This document shows, one piece after another, positions 17,901 through 23,183 of a stretch of DNA of 64,000 nt. Source of the DNA: Candidatus Latescibacterota bacterium (GTDB lineage Bacteria > Latescibacterota > UBA2968); contig OZ242195.1 of the NCBI GenBank assembly GCA_965205975.1, forward strand, positions 4,480,001 through 4,544,000, in the 5' to 3' direction. The stretch's first letter is position 1; each line of letters begins with the position of its first letter. The notes beneath the pieces were generated by a model that searched no databases, had not been told where the DNA came from, and saw nothing but the letters and a program-made list of their open reading frames with translations. Both the position numbers and the translations under genes were made by a program.

Positions 17901-19768
17901 TCCTCGTCAGCGGGTGTGTTCTCGAACACGCTGCGCGTCAGAATCGGTTCCCCGAAGTCCGGCGCATTGTTGATAGTCAGCTTTACCGAGGTGATGTCTC
18001 CCCATGCCCAGTCCAGGCCCGCCGGCCGCGGCCACGCATAGCACTTCGATTGCGGGGATTGTGTGCCGAGCCTGCGGCCATCATCGAGGTCGAATTCATG
18101 ACCGTCAACGTCCAGTTCCAGCCGGTTGCGGACGTCATCGTTTGGCGCTCTGGTTCCGAAACAGAAGGCGACCGTCTCGGCGGTGAAAAACGACGTGGGC
18201 GCGTCGCCAACGACAAGTGCGGCGGCGATGTCGTAGGTCGTGCCGCCGACCCGAAAATTGGTGGGGGCTATCGCGCCCCAATCGGTTGCGAGGTCGGCAT
18301 ATCCGAAGGTGCCGGCGCCCTCACCCACCGTCACGTTGGCGGTGAGCACGGCATCCGGGTCGGCCGGCGGCGATGCGGCCTCGCGCACGACCGTTACGTC
18401 GTAGGTCAGCGTTGTAAACATGTCTTCCGCCGTCACGAGTGCCGAACCGGCGTTGCGGCCCGGGCTAAGAGAAAGATCCCTGCCCTCCGGGTAACTGACC
18501 GTGGCGTCGTCGTGGTTGGGTGTCGCGGTCAGTCTCACCCCGGAGACGCTGTTCCGCACCCAGGCGCGGTAGGAGGTGATGTCGTTTGCAAACGACGGGT
18601 CCAGCGCAACCGCATTGCCCCCGGCGGTCAGTTGGAAGCTCTTCAGGGTCGCGTCGTCGGAGGGCGGGAGCCGGGTGCCGTCCACCAGATGATCGGACTG
18701 CCTGCCCAGTTCGTCGTGGGTGAGCACAGCATCGACGCTGACGAGGTTGTCGGTGATGCGCTCGCCGCTGCCGAGCATGATGGTCCGGGATTGGTTGCCA
18801 ACCCAGATTCCGTCGTCGTCCGCGTCGCCCTCCACCACCGTGTATGCGAACACGAGCGAATCCGTGTCCGCGCCTTCTACGAGCGCCGCCTGCTTGGTGT
18901 CCGTGTTGCCGCTTGACCCCAGCTCGAACTCGAAATGCGGTTCGCCCGTCAACTTTACCGGGGCACTGAAGGTCACCGAGAACTTGATCTGTTCGCCACG
19001 CCAGTAGGTGTTCACGTGCGTGCGGGGCATTGAGCTTACCGCCACAGAAGTAATCACCGGAGCGGGGACCTCGCCGTTTATGCGCACATATAACGGACGG
19101 GCAACACTACCTCCCAACGGGGCGATAGAAAAGGACCCCGATGAGTTGAAAGCCCTCGAGTGAGCATTGTTGTTCAAGGACCAGCCGGAAGCCGCTCCCG
19201 GATCATCATTACCGCTCCGCATCGAACGCATCAAGATTCTTCCCGTTGATCCAGGCAGCTCCAGCCGAACGTAGTAGGTGGTGTTCGGTTCGAGCGCGGT
19301 GTTTGACGGCGCCCTGAATGTCTCTGTGGATTCGTTTTGGAAACCAGTAGGGCCGAAGGTACCACCCGAGTGGGTTAGCGTCGCCACCAGAGTACCCGTG
19401 GGGCTGCCCTCGTGTACCGTGACGACCGGAACCGTTCCGTCGCTGCCTCGGACCGCACGAAAATCGACGCTCGTTAGCGTGAACGTTCCAGAGGCTGGAC
19501 CAGTCGTGAAGCCCTGAGCGATGTCATATTGGTCCAGCTCCTGGACGCTGCCGGCGGTTGTGTGTTGTGAAACGTTGCTGACCAGCACCTCCGCGTGCGC
19601 GAGGCCGGCGGTGCCGAACAGGCCGGCAGCCATCGCGACAGCCAGCACCCGCAATCCTGCCCACCGCGGGCGCATCAGGCCCCTGATTCGGCGTGAGATT
19701 TCTCCAAAAACCGCGTTGATCCATATCCTTCTCGTATGACCCGTGTTGCCTACCGATGAAGCTCCCAT
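8945..19768 (-). CDS. Giant (3607 aa) surface adhesin with cadherin-like, FN3, Calx-beta, SwmB-like and Cys-pair Ig-like repeats and a C-terminal autotransporter-type beta-barrel
   Basis: SD GGGAGG before ATG 19768; extended signal peptide ending AHA-EV; cadherin (NNAPDF...VFENT...DADGD...LDYE); FN3 (W...YEVEY...LRSGAEYQVRVR); three Calx-beta (VDYATSD.TATAG.DY..TSGTLTF..GET.KTVSVPVLDD); C-terminal amphipathic strands ending in W. Confidence 0.88.
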   Translation of the reverse strand: MGASSVGNTGHTRRIWINAVFGEISRRIRGLMRPRWAGLRVLAVAMAAGLFGTAGLAHAEVLVSNVSQHTTAGSVQELDQYDIAQGFTTGPASGTFTLTSVDFRAVRGSDGTVPVVTVHEGSPTGTLVATLTHSGGTFGPTGFQNESTETFRAPSNTALEPNTTYYVRLELPGSTGRILMRSMRSGNDDPGAASGWSLNNNAHSRAFNSSGSFSIAPLGGSVARPLYVRINGEVPAPVITSVAVSSMPRTHVNTYWRGEQIKFSVTFSAPVKLTGEPHFEFELGSSGNTDTKQAALVEGADTDSLVFAYTVVEGDADDDGIWVGNQSRTIMLGSGERITDNLVSVDAVLTHDELGRQSDHLVDGTRLPPSDDATLKSFQLTAGGNAVALDPSFANDITSYRAWVRNSVSGVRLTATPNHDDATVSYPEGRDLSLSPGRNAGSALVTAEDMFTTLTYDVTVVREAASPPADPDAVLTANVTVGEGAGTFGYADLATDWGAIAPTNFRVGGTTYDIAAALVVGDAPTSFFTAETVAFCFGTRAPNDDVRNRLELDVDGHEFDLDDGRRLGTQSPQSKCYAWPRPAGLDWAWGDITSVKLTINNAPDFGEPILTRSVFENTPADEDVGEPFVAEDADGDEVTYSLEGQDKDNFTIDPSTGQIKTRAALDYEMQTTHSVRVKADDGRSGGATRIAVTIEVVNVDEPRDPLAKPSVIAPRYWTGGLVARWRVRSTGGDEITAFEVEYRRGTSGSWTRHPDTGLDPFRLIESLRSGAEYQVRVRMVTTGVTTDWSEPGTGRVRSQVADATNTGTVGATVFYPDASVPGGMPAGVHFGEPFEIRIRFTDNIRVHERVDDFTGPGNRTLYLSGPMLTDLIGPDRAIGVIGGRVSSIETFSDNTLWVLQIEPSSREDLTLTLEPLPCNTLGSLCSQVSGSGLRERTVHRVRGIRRVPSAPADLMVQTVQERGADRLQVSFAGTNEAKLYRLQYKLSDHRWSQARDFWNWRRKGPDERHSVTSAPVTQGLAYDVRVRWENPIGNGAWSYSARPGYPLAQWGETLTWRKVSGRTEIYVHYNRDLDRNSRLSDAQYLYDVHFTGSQSSGFAVDEISIIDDYLGRPRVVKLRLGSGVSDQDVRNGASLYVTYDRAQVVSPRPPGVLDQDGNQAPGFFNLEAIHVPNPNAPALYVSDTTVREARGARANFEVTLRPAATAQVRVDYETVPVSSATPGEDYTHTSGTLTFNAGQTTRTVSVPVLDDFFEDSGETFRLKLENPRGGNAYIADAWGIATILNDDPVPVTPQVTALTAEFVRMPAHHVGDAFTFTLRFSEEVSLGLDDVTGSDGQQGVLSVTGGQVTGASRVVAGENRTWSITVTPDGKDDVTVALSETTDCDATGAVCTGDDRPLSAAVTDRVIGLQPPAPQSATIPSAGDQLQLFFDRAFDNRTGRTPPKSAFIVNADGVLHLVSSIEASASDQWIRLSFVLPIKAHQTVTVSYRDPTDGDDYAALQLRSGEDAESFSGFAAINGSTVSDPAAPVLVGPVQLNAAGDELSLRFTRAIDFYALPALEAFAVTYDSASATVAGVRGSGSDYRAIALDISPAIPASAQTVTVTYSDPTAGDDELALQNRAGVDAESFSQPVSRVGTQLETSQSAPLTAQFWKLPAIHGGNPFKFELVFSDENVSVSHQKIMGSNGQSDVLSVTNGEVTAARRLVSNKNHNWEITITPDVDEDVTITLPTSADCDAEDAVCTEDARPLSAAVVATVLSSPPPPPPLTATIEGAPEAHAGVPFVLQVRFSEATAVSWTAMRDHVLSVTNGQLTRARRLNGEGPENAAWEVTLEPTGGDVTVELPATTDCDAEDAVCTEDSRPLSEAVTATIAEGTVPPLTAEFDAPAAHDGSEDFTVWLDFNGAADLNKWTMTNRAVAVTGGRVRSAEHEIGLRHSWRLTVAPSLIEDVVLSVAPPESCGDSGALCATDGRKLSSGAEVRVKGPASIPLTVQWQRYGDGHDGSKLFALNAEFSYPVTTSREAMRDAVRSTNGEVTNAFPKENQPKTWVFWIKPLYNETIRVELLPTTDCDAEGAICTEDGRPLSNRAFWDIMPSDPNAVDETAPAFLRAEVDGAQLVLLYRDGLDEDATPAADAFTVTVGGQTRDLAVSDPVAVDGRRVRLRLASAVASGDSVRVSYAVPSENPIQDRAGNAVVALSDQAVTNHTPEGDTTAPAFEAAVARRDSVVLTYSEALDETSTPGVDAFTVTVGGQTRDLASSDPVVVSGLTVMLRLASAAAPGDSVRVSYAVPSENPIQDRAGNAVVALSDQAVTNHTPEGDTTAPAFEAAVARRDSVVLTYSEALDETSTPGVDAFTVTVGGQTRDLASSDPVVVSGLTVMLRFASAAAPGDSVRVSYAVPSENPIQDRAGNRAAPATITAKIPAPKFTVKFEEGSLPKVHDGVGPIEFRIVFSEEPASSYNYMTLRLETLIMRLGPRAYNAKRGYKLDPPSGKRWGVVVERRKSDAEYATEDFTITINPTENCNDEGAVCTEDGRKLSNRLFARIKGPPVLSVADTEVTEAADATAAFEVTLSRSVADTVTVDYATSDSTATAGEDYEETSGTLTFVPGETSKTVSVPVLDDTVDERSETFTLTLSNASGGDAYLSDATATGTINNHDSTDPPSGNTVVLEPEEPRGARDIGTITLTADTPGTIQASWEAPTEAPANYRITWAKQDEGYKTWTDNTGNAYPTEPSYTITGLEDGEEYKVKIRASYSGTSGGWSGEATITVAGSPPTNDPPDNDPVEPLTAEFQGLPASHGESAFTFELHFSEEFNLSYRTLRDHALQVTNGELTGVGRQETGKNQAWNVTVTPDNDQDVTITLLAADCGETGAICTEDNRPLSATVSETVSATVAQTVQNQPPDTEPEPLTASFGNVPSSHDGSSAFKFELHFSEDVVGLSYRTLRDNAFTVTGGAVTKAGRLVSGNNQGWEITVAPDTYDAVTISLPAGAVETSDGRQLQGAVSATVQGPPGLSVADASVQEAANATVDFAVTLSRALSETVTVDYATSDGTATVGVDYTSTSGTLTFDAGQTEKTISVPVLDDAIDEGSETFTLTLSNASGGNAYLSDADATGTIENIDPMPKGLLARFGRTAALQVVEYVEERLQARRESGFEGRLAGHQLGRAEDMVRDVANRFVYGLGGYGSHNPSLGRRDVGMASSGSSFGLAGMLRSLFTRGDVLTGSSFTLNREMDRGGVFSFWSRGARSSFFGREDDLGLDGTVRTAMLGTDYAKGPFLVGLSLSRSWGLGSYTGGVGGGRVASSVTGLYPWLGYRLTDRMTVWAVGGYGVGGMLLSQEGASQLSAGLSMSLAAVGTRGELIGRSADGFRLSYKADALWVGTSSEAVSGSSGNLAATRSVVSRVRTALEGSHALTFRSRLSLSPSVMVGLRHDGGDAETGSGLDIAGGLVVSDPLTGLEVDMRVRTLLVHEAEGYRERGMAVSFSYNPSPSTPLGLTMRMSPSWGGQATSGAEALWGRPTMSGIAGGGYATGNRLDADLGYGLALGRRFVGTPRLGFATSAQGRDYRVGYGIGTLVSEGLRFELNLDAHRRASPLSIGADNGVTGRATIGW
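12546..13400. repeat. Intragenic 327-bp tandem repeat (109-aa SwmB-like module): two near-identical copies and one diverged copy
   Basis: TTGCCCGCCCTGTCCTGTATCGGG recurs at 12546, 12873 and 13200; protein repeat TTAPAFEAA...VVLTYSEALDETSTP..DAFTVTVGG...VRVSYAVPSENPIQDRAGN. Confidence 0.93.
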
Positions 19769-19881
19769 ACAGCGATTCCTCCCTTTTGGTTTAAAATTAC
19801 CTCACGTTGTGCAAGGTACCCCTGTCGCTGCCACACGCTTCAGAGATGCCCTTTTGAGGCTCTGACAAAATTTTATATACA

Positions 19882-19897
19882 TGCAAAAAGCGTGCCA
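19882..19897 (-). promoter_or_regulatory. Sigma-54 (-24/-12) promoter upstream of the giant adhesin
   Basis: Minus strand reads TGGCACGCTTTTTGCA, matching TGGCACG-N4-TTGCW, about 115 nt upstream of the ATG, with an AT-rich tract further upstream. Confidence 0.75.
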
Positions 19898-20204
19898 CTG
19901 TGAATAGAACCCAAAATTATACTCACAACATATTGTTTTAAAAGAATATAGAACTGTAAATAAAAACAAAAAAACCAGACTGAATTTTATACCAAAGGAC
20001 AATGTATCGCCCCTGATATAACCAGTCTGGCTCATATTCTACTTATTATTACAATGATTTATGGCTGTTGGGCGACCATTCGCCCTTAATTGCCCTGATA
20101 GCCGTTTGAGTACCGGCTCTTTATGATGTACTGGGTGTCGCACTATCGTTTCAAACAGAGATGAAGGTCTAACACTTCACTTCCGAGGATAAAATCTTTT
20201 TTGG

Positions 20205-20294
20205 ATAAAAAATGAGGGGACGGCAGGGAGGGATACCATTTACCACGCCGCCCCCGAAGACCGGGCTGGAGTGAAGGGATATCTCGGCCCGGTC
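20205..20294 (-). ncRNA. Candidate small RNA or structured element with two stem-loops and C-rich loops
   Basis: Minus strand: GACCGGGC...TATCCCTTCAC...GCCCGGTC, then GGGGGCGGCG...GGTATCCCTCCC-TGCCGTCCCC followed by TCATTTTTT. Confidence 0.3.
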
Positions 20295-20586
20295 GTTGTG
20301 TTCATGGGGTCCTGTATTAAGCTGATCGAACACTTAGACGGGCTGCAAACGCTTTTGGTGTCAGTCAAATTTGGAGAAAAAAAATGGATCCCGGTACAAA
20401 AAAATGGAGCGGTTCAAAAAAGCCGAGTATTTGTGGGGAATTTCTACTAAATTATGATGTCAGCAATTCTCGTGTTATATTTTGCATGAATGATCCCTTT
20501 TCTTATTCACACTTCCTACTTCCTAGTGAACTGGTCTGAACAGCGACCAGTTATACACCGTTCCACACTTCTCCTGGAGATTTCCT

Positions 20587-20928
20587 ATGATTTACGACAT
20601 GCGAACCTATGACCTGAATCCCGGTGCTTTGCAAACCTATATGGATGCGGTGCGCGAGGTGGCGCTTCCCCTGCGCGAGGATTACGGGATTAAACTTGCC
20701 GGGTGGTATTATACCGATATTGGGAAGTTAAATCGCGTTGTTCACATTTGGGCGTATCGCGATTATACCCATTTTGATCAGGCGCGACAGGCGGTGCGTA
20801 GCGATTCCCGATGGGTTAATGACTATTTGCCCCGCGTCAAGGGGCTTGTGGTGCGCCAGCAAGATCAAATTATGCTCGCGTCCGATTTTTTCGAGTCCCG
20901 GGTTCCGGCTCTTTCGGAAGATGCATGA
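20587..20928 (+). CDS. NIPSNAP family protein
   Basis: MIYDMRTYDLNPG...G.LNRVVHIWAY.D...R.AVRSD.RW; SD GGAG upstream. Confidence 0.9.
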   Translation: MIYDMRTYDLNPGALQTYMDAVREVALPLREDYGIKLAGWYYTDIGKLNRVVHIWAYRDYTHFDQARQAVRSDSRWVNDYLPRVKGLVVRQQDQIMLASDFFESRVPALSEDA

Positions 20929-20951
20929 GCGGGTTGTTGCGATTGGGTATT

Positions 20952-21000
20952 AAAAAAGAACGGGTAGAGGACAGTTGTGTTCTCTACCCGTTTCCTTTTT
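20952..21000. terminator. Bidirectional intrinsic terminator
   Basis: AACGGGTAGAG...CTCTACCCGTT with A-rich and T-rich flanks, between convergent genes. Confidence 0.8.
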
Positions 21001-21029
21001 GACTGAGAAGTTAATTAGATCAGGCAATG

Positions 21030-21983
21030 TCAGTCGTCATCCTTGCTCGGGATGTTCAGGCGGAATAGCACGGGGTGGTGATCTGAATAGTGCTGTGCAA
21101 ATAGATTCCCATTGTACGGGTCGCCGGGATAGGTTTCAGAGCCTCGCCAGGTGCTGTGCATCTGATCGATGAGGTTGATGACTTGAAAATCAAACACTTC
21201 ATCTATCTCGTCTAATTTAGCCGGGCGGTACATGACGTGGTCATAGGGTTTGCTGCTTTTGACCGCTGTGTTCGTTTTTCGGCATTCGTCGTTGAGCGAG
21301 ATAAATCCCCGAGGGGTTACTGCTTTAAGCTCTGCGGCGTTTTCGATGTTCATATCTCCTACGATGTAGAAGTCTTGTTCCTGTGCGTCGTGGCGGTCGA
21401 TCCAGTCTGCGATATTCGAAAGCTCAGTCTTGCGTTTTTCTCCCTTATTTTTGCCCGGTGACAAGTGGACATTGATAATCACAAAGTCCATTTTGCTATT
21501 TATGGTGCGGAAGCTATGGGCGTGTGGCACGCGGGGATATACGGGATGGGCAGAGCGGTCTTCTGATAGGAATCCATTGGGGAGATCATTGGCGATTTTC
21601 AGTTTGTCGGATTTGTAAAAGACCACGGACCATTCGGTGCTCGATCCTCTGTTGTGGATGTTTTCGCCTCTTCCCGTGTCTTCACAAGATAGGGAGTAAT
21701 CAAAGCCCTGTGCGCTCATGGCATCGAAGAAGGCATCGGCTTCGGGGTCTTCGCTATAGGGCTTCCCATCGCAGTATCGGCCATTATCAGGCGGTGCAAC
21801 GAGTTCCTGGACGACGACCATGTCGTATTTTTTGACCAATTGGGCGAGTGCTTCGTTGTCCTTCTTTTTATAGTGGCCGACAAATTTGATGTTGAAAGAA
21901 CAGACGGTGATCTGTTCGTCAGAGACTTGTGGTCGGCAACCGAATAATAACAGTAGAATGGAAAATAAAAGATATTTTTTCAT
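21030..21983 (-). CDS. DNase I-like endonuclease/exonuclease/phosphatase family lipoprotein
   Basis: Lipobox LFGC; SFNI, VVVQE, NVHL, VGDMN, YDHV and SDHHPV EEP catalytic motifs. Confidence 0.85.
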   Translation of the reverse strand: MKKYLLFSILLLLFGCRPQVSDEQITVCSFNIKFVGHYKKKDNEALAQLVKKYDMVVVQELVAPPDNGRYCDGKPYSEDPEADAFFDAMSAQGFDYSLSCEDTGRGENIHNRGSSTEWSVVFYKSDKLKIANDLPNGFLSEDRSAHPVYPRVPHAHSFRTINSKMDFVIINVHLSPGKNKGEKRKTELSNIADWIDRHDAQEQDFYIVGDMNIENAAELKAVTPRGFISLNDECRKTNTAVKSSKPYDHVMYRPAKLDEIDEVFDFQVINLIDQMHSTWRGSETYPGDPYNGNLFAQHYSDHHPVLFRLNIPSKDDD

Positions 21984-22146
21984 GGCTTTTCTTGTGTTGG
22001 GTACAATTTTTAGCGCGGTTTTTTATTAATAAGAAAAATAATAAACAAACTTTGATTTCGGGGAGAAAAAATACTTGAAGTCCGCCTGAAATTTCTCGAC
22101 CATGTGCGCGGGTAATCATCTGATCATTTTAGACAGGAGATTTATT

Positions 22147-22704
22147 ATGAGCGATGGACAGATCATTTTTCAAGATACATTCGACGGCGCGCTCGATAGC
22201 GGCTGGTCGTGGTTGCGGGAACATCCCGATGATTGGCGGATTCGGGATGGGGGGCTGGAGATTTGCGTGCGTCCCGGTGTGAAGGATACGGTGCAAAATG
22301 CTTTGCTCAGGTCTGCGCCAGATCGCGGTGACGGTGCGTATGCTGTTGAGGTTACGATTACCAATCACAGCCAGCCGACACAGCAATACGAACAGGCGGG
22401 TATTACGTGGTATCACAATGGGGAACCGGTGTTCAAAGAGGTCAAGGAACTCATTGACGGCGATCTGTACATTATTCCCGGGAAGGAGCCGATGCCAACG
22501 CAGAGTGTTCGCCTGTGTCTTGTTGTTACTGCGAGTACATGGGAAGCGCAGTTTCGCGCCGAGGGTGAGACCGCGTTCCAGGCTGCGGCTTCGGGCGAGC
22601 TTCCGCCTCCGGGCGATGATCAGGTGAGTATTCAGTGCTATAATGGTCCAGAGGAGGGTGACCACTGGATACGGTTTTCGGATTTTTGTATTAAGCGTGT
22701 ATAA
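22147..22704 (+). CDS. Concanavalin A-like beta-sandwich protein (DUF1349 / beta-xylosidase C-terminal-like)
   Basis: AGGAG SD before ATG 22147; FQDTFDG.LD.GWSWLRE...QYEQAGI...F.DF pattern. Confidence 0.65.
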   Translation: MSDGQIIFQDTFDGALDSGWSWLREHPDDWRIRDGGLEICVRPGVKDTVQNALLRSAPDRGDGAYAVEVTITNHSQPTQQYEQAGITWYHNGEPVFKEVKELIDGDLYIIPGKEPMPTQSVRLCLVVTASTWEAQFRAEGETAFQAAASGELPPPGDDQVSIQCYNGPEEGDHWIRFSDFCIKRV

Positions 22705-22705
22705 A

Positions 22706-22738
22706 AAAAGCACCATCTCAAAACGAGATGGTGCTTTT
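22706..22738. terminator. Bidirectional intrinsic terminator
   Basis: AAAAGCACCATCTC-aaaac-GAGATGGTGCTTTT between convergent genes. Confidence 0.85.
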
Positions 22739-22763
22739 GGGTTAATTCTGAAATTATTTCAGA

Positions 22764-22964
22764 TTATGCCTTTGTGACATTCGCTGCCTGGAGGCCCTTA
22801 GGTCCCTGGGTAATGTCAAATTCGACAACGTCCCCTTCGGATAAGGACTTAAAGCCTTCGGCTTGGATCGCTGAGAAATGGACGAAAACATCTTCGCCCC
22901 CTTCTTGCTCGATAAAGCCGAACCCTTTGGCGTCGTTAAACCATTTAACTCTTCCTTCTGCCAA
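22764..22964 (-). CDS. cspA: Cold-shock protein (CspA family), TTG start
   Basis: [15 protein letters not shown] (RNP1), DVFVHFSAI (RNP2), [20 protein letters not shown]. The gene symbol is family-level. Confidence 0.93.
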   Translation of the reverse strand: MAEGRVKWFNDAKGFGFIEQEGGEDVFVHFSAIQAEGFKSLSEGDVVEFDITQGPKGLQAANVTKA

Positions 22965-23128
22965 CGTACTTCACCACCTTTCTACATCGAAAATTGCACA
23001 TCAGATCGAAAAAAAGGCAAGAATCAGAAGTTTCGATTCTTGCCATACCGTCTTTTCAGGCCGATTGTACAGGAAACAAAACAACACATTCTTAATACCT
23101 GGGCACAAATACCCATTATACAGAGGCA

Positions 23129-23157
23129 AAGATACCCTTTATCATCTCAGAAGTCAA
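23129..23157 (-). promoter_or_regulatory. Sigma-70 promoter of the csp gene (long 5' UTR)
   Basis: TTGACT (23157-23152), 17 nt, TATCTT (23134-23129); an additional TATAAT lies at 23120-23115. Confidence 0.55.
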
Positions 23158-23183
23158 CGTTTTTTCAGAAAAAAAGTTCCATA

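Noticed and set aside
14735..18916. Long plus-strand ORFs (755 aa and 562 aa, also 12458-13420 and 8834-9517)
   Set aside because: Antisense shadows of the GC-rich giant gene; Arg/His-rich with no recognisable motifs.
19802..20035. 77-aa ORF upstream of the giant gene
   Set aside because: AT-rich, overlaps the sigma-54 promoter, no recognisable motif; more likely regulatory DNA.
8735..20580. Integrative element at tRNA-Gln
   Set aside because: No integrase or transposase and no duplicated tRNA 3' end found by eye; kept only as a compositional anomaly.
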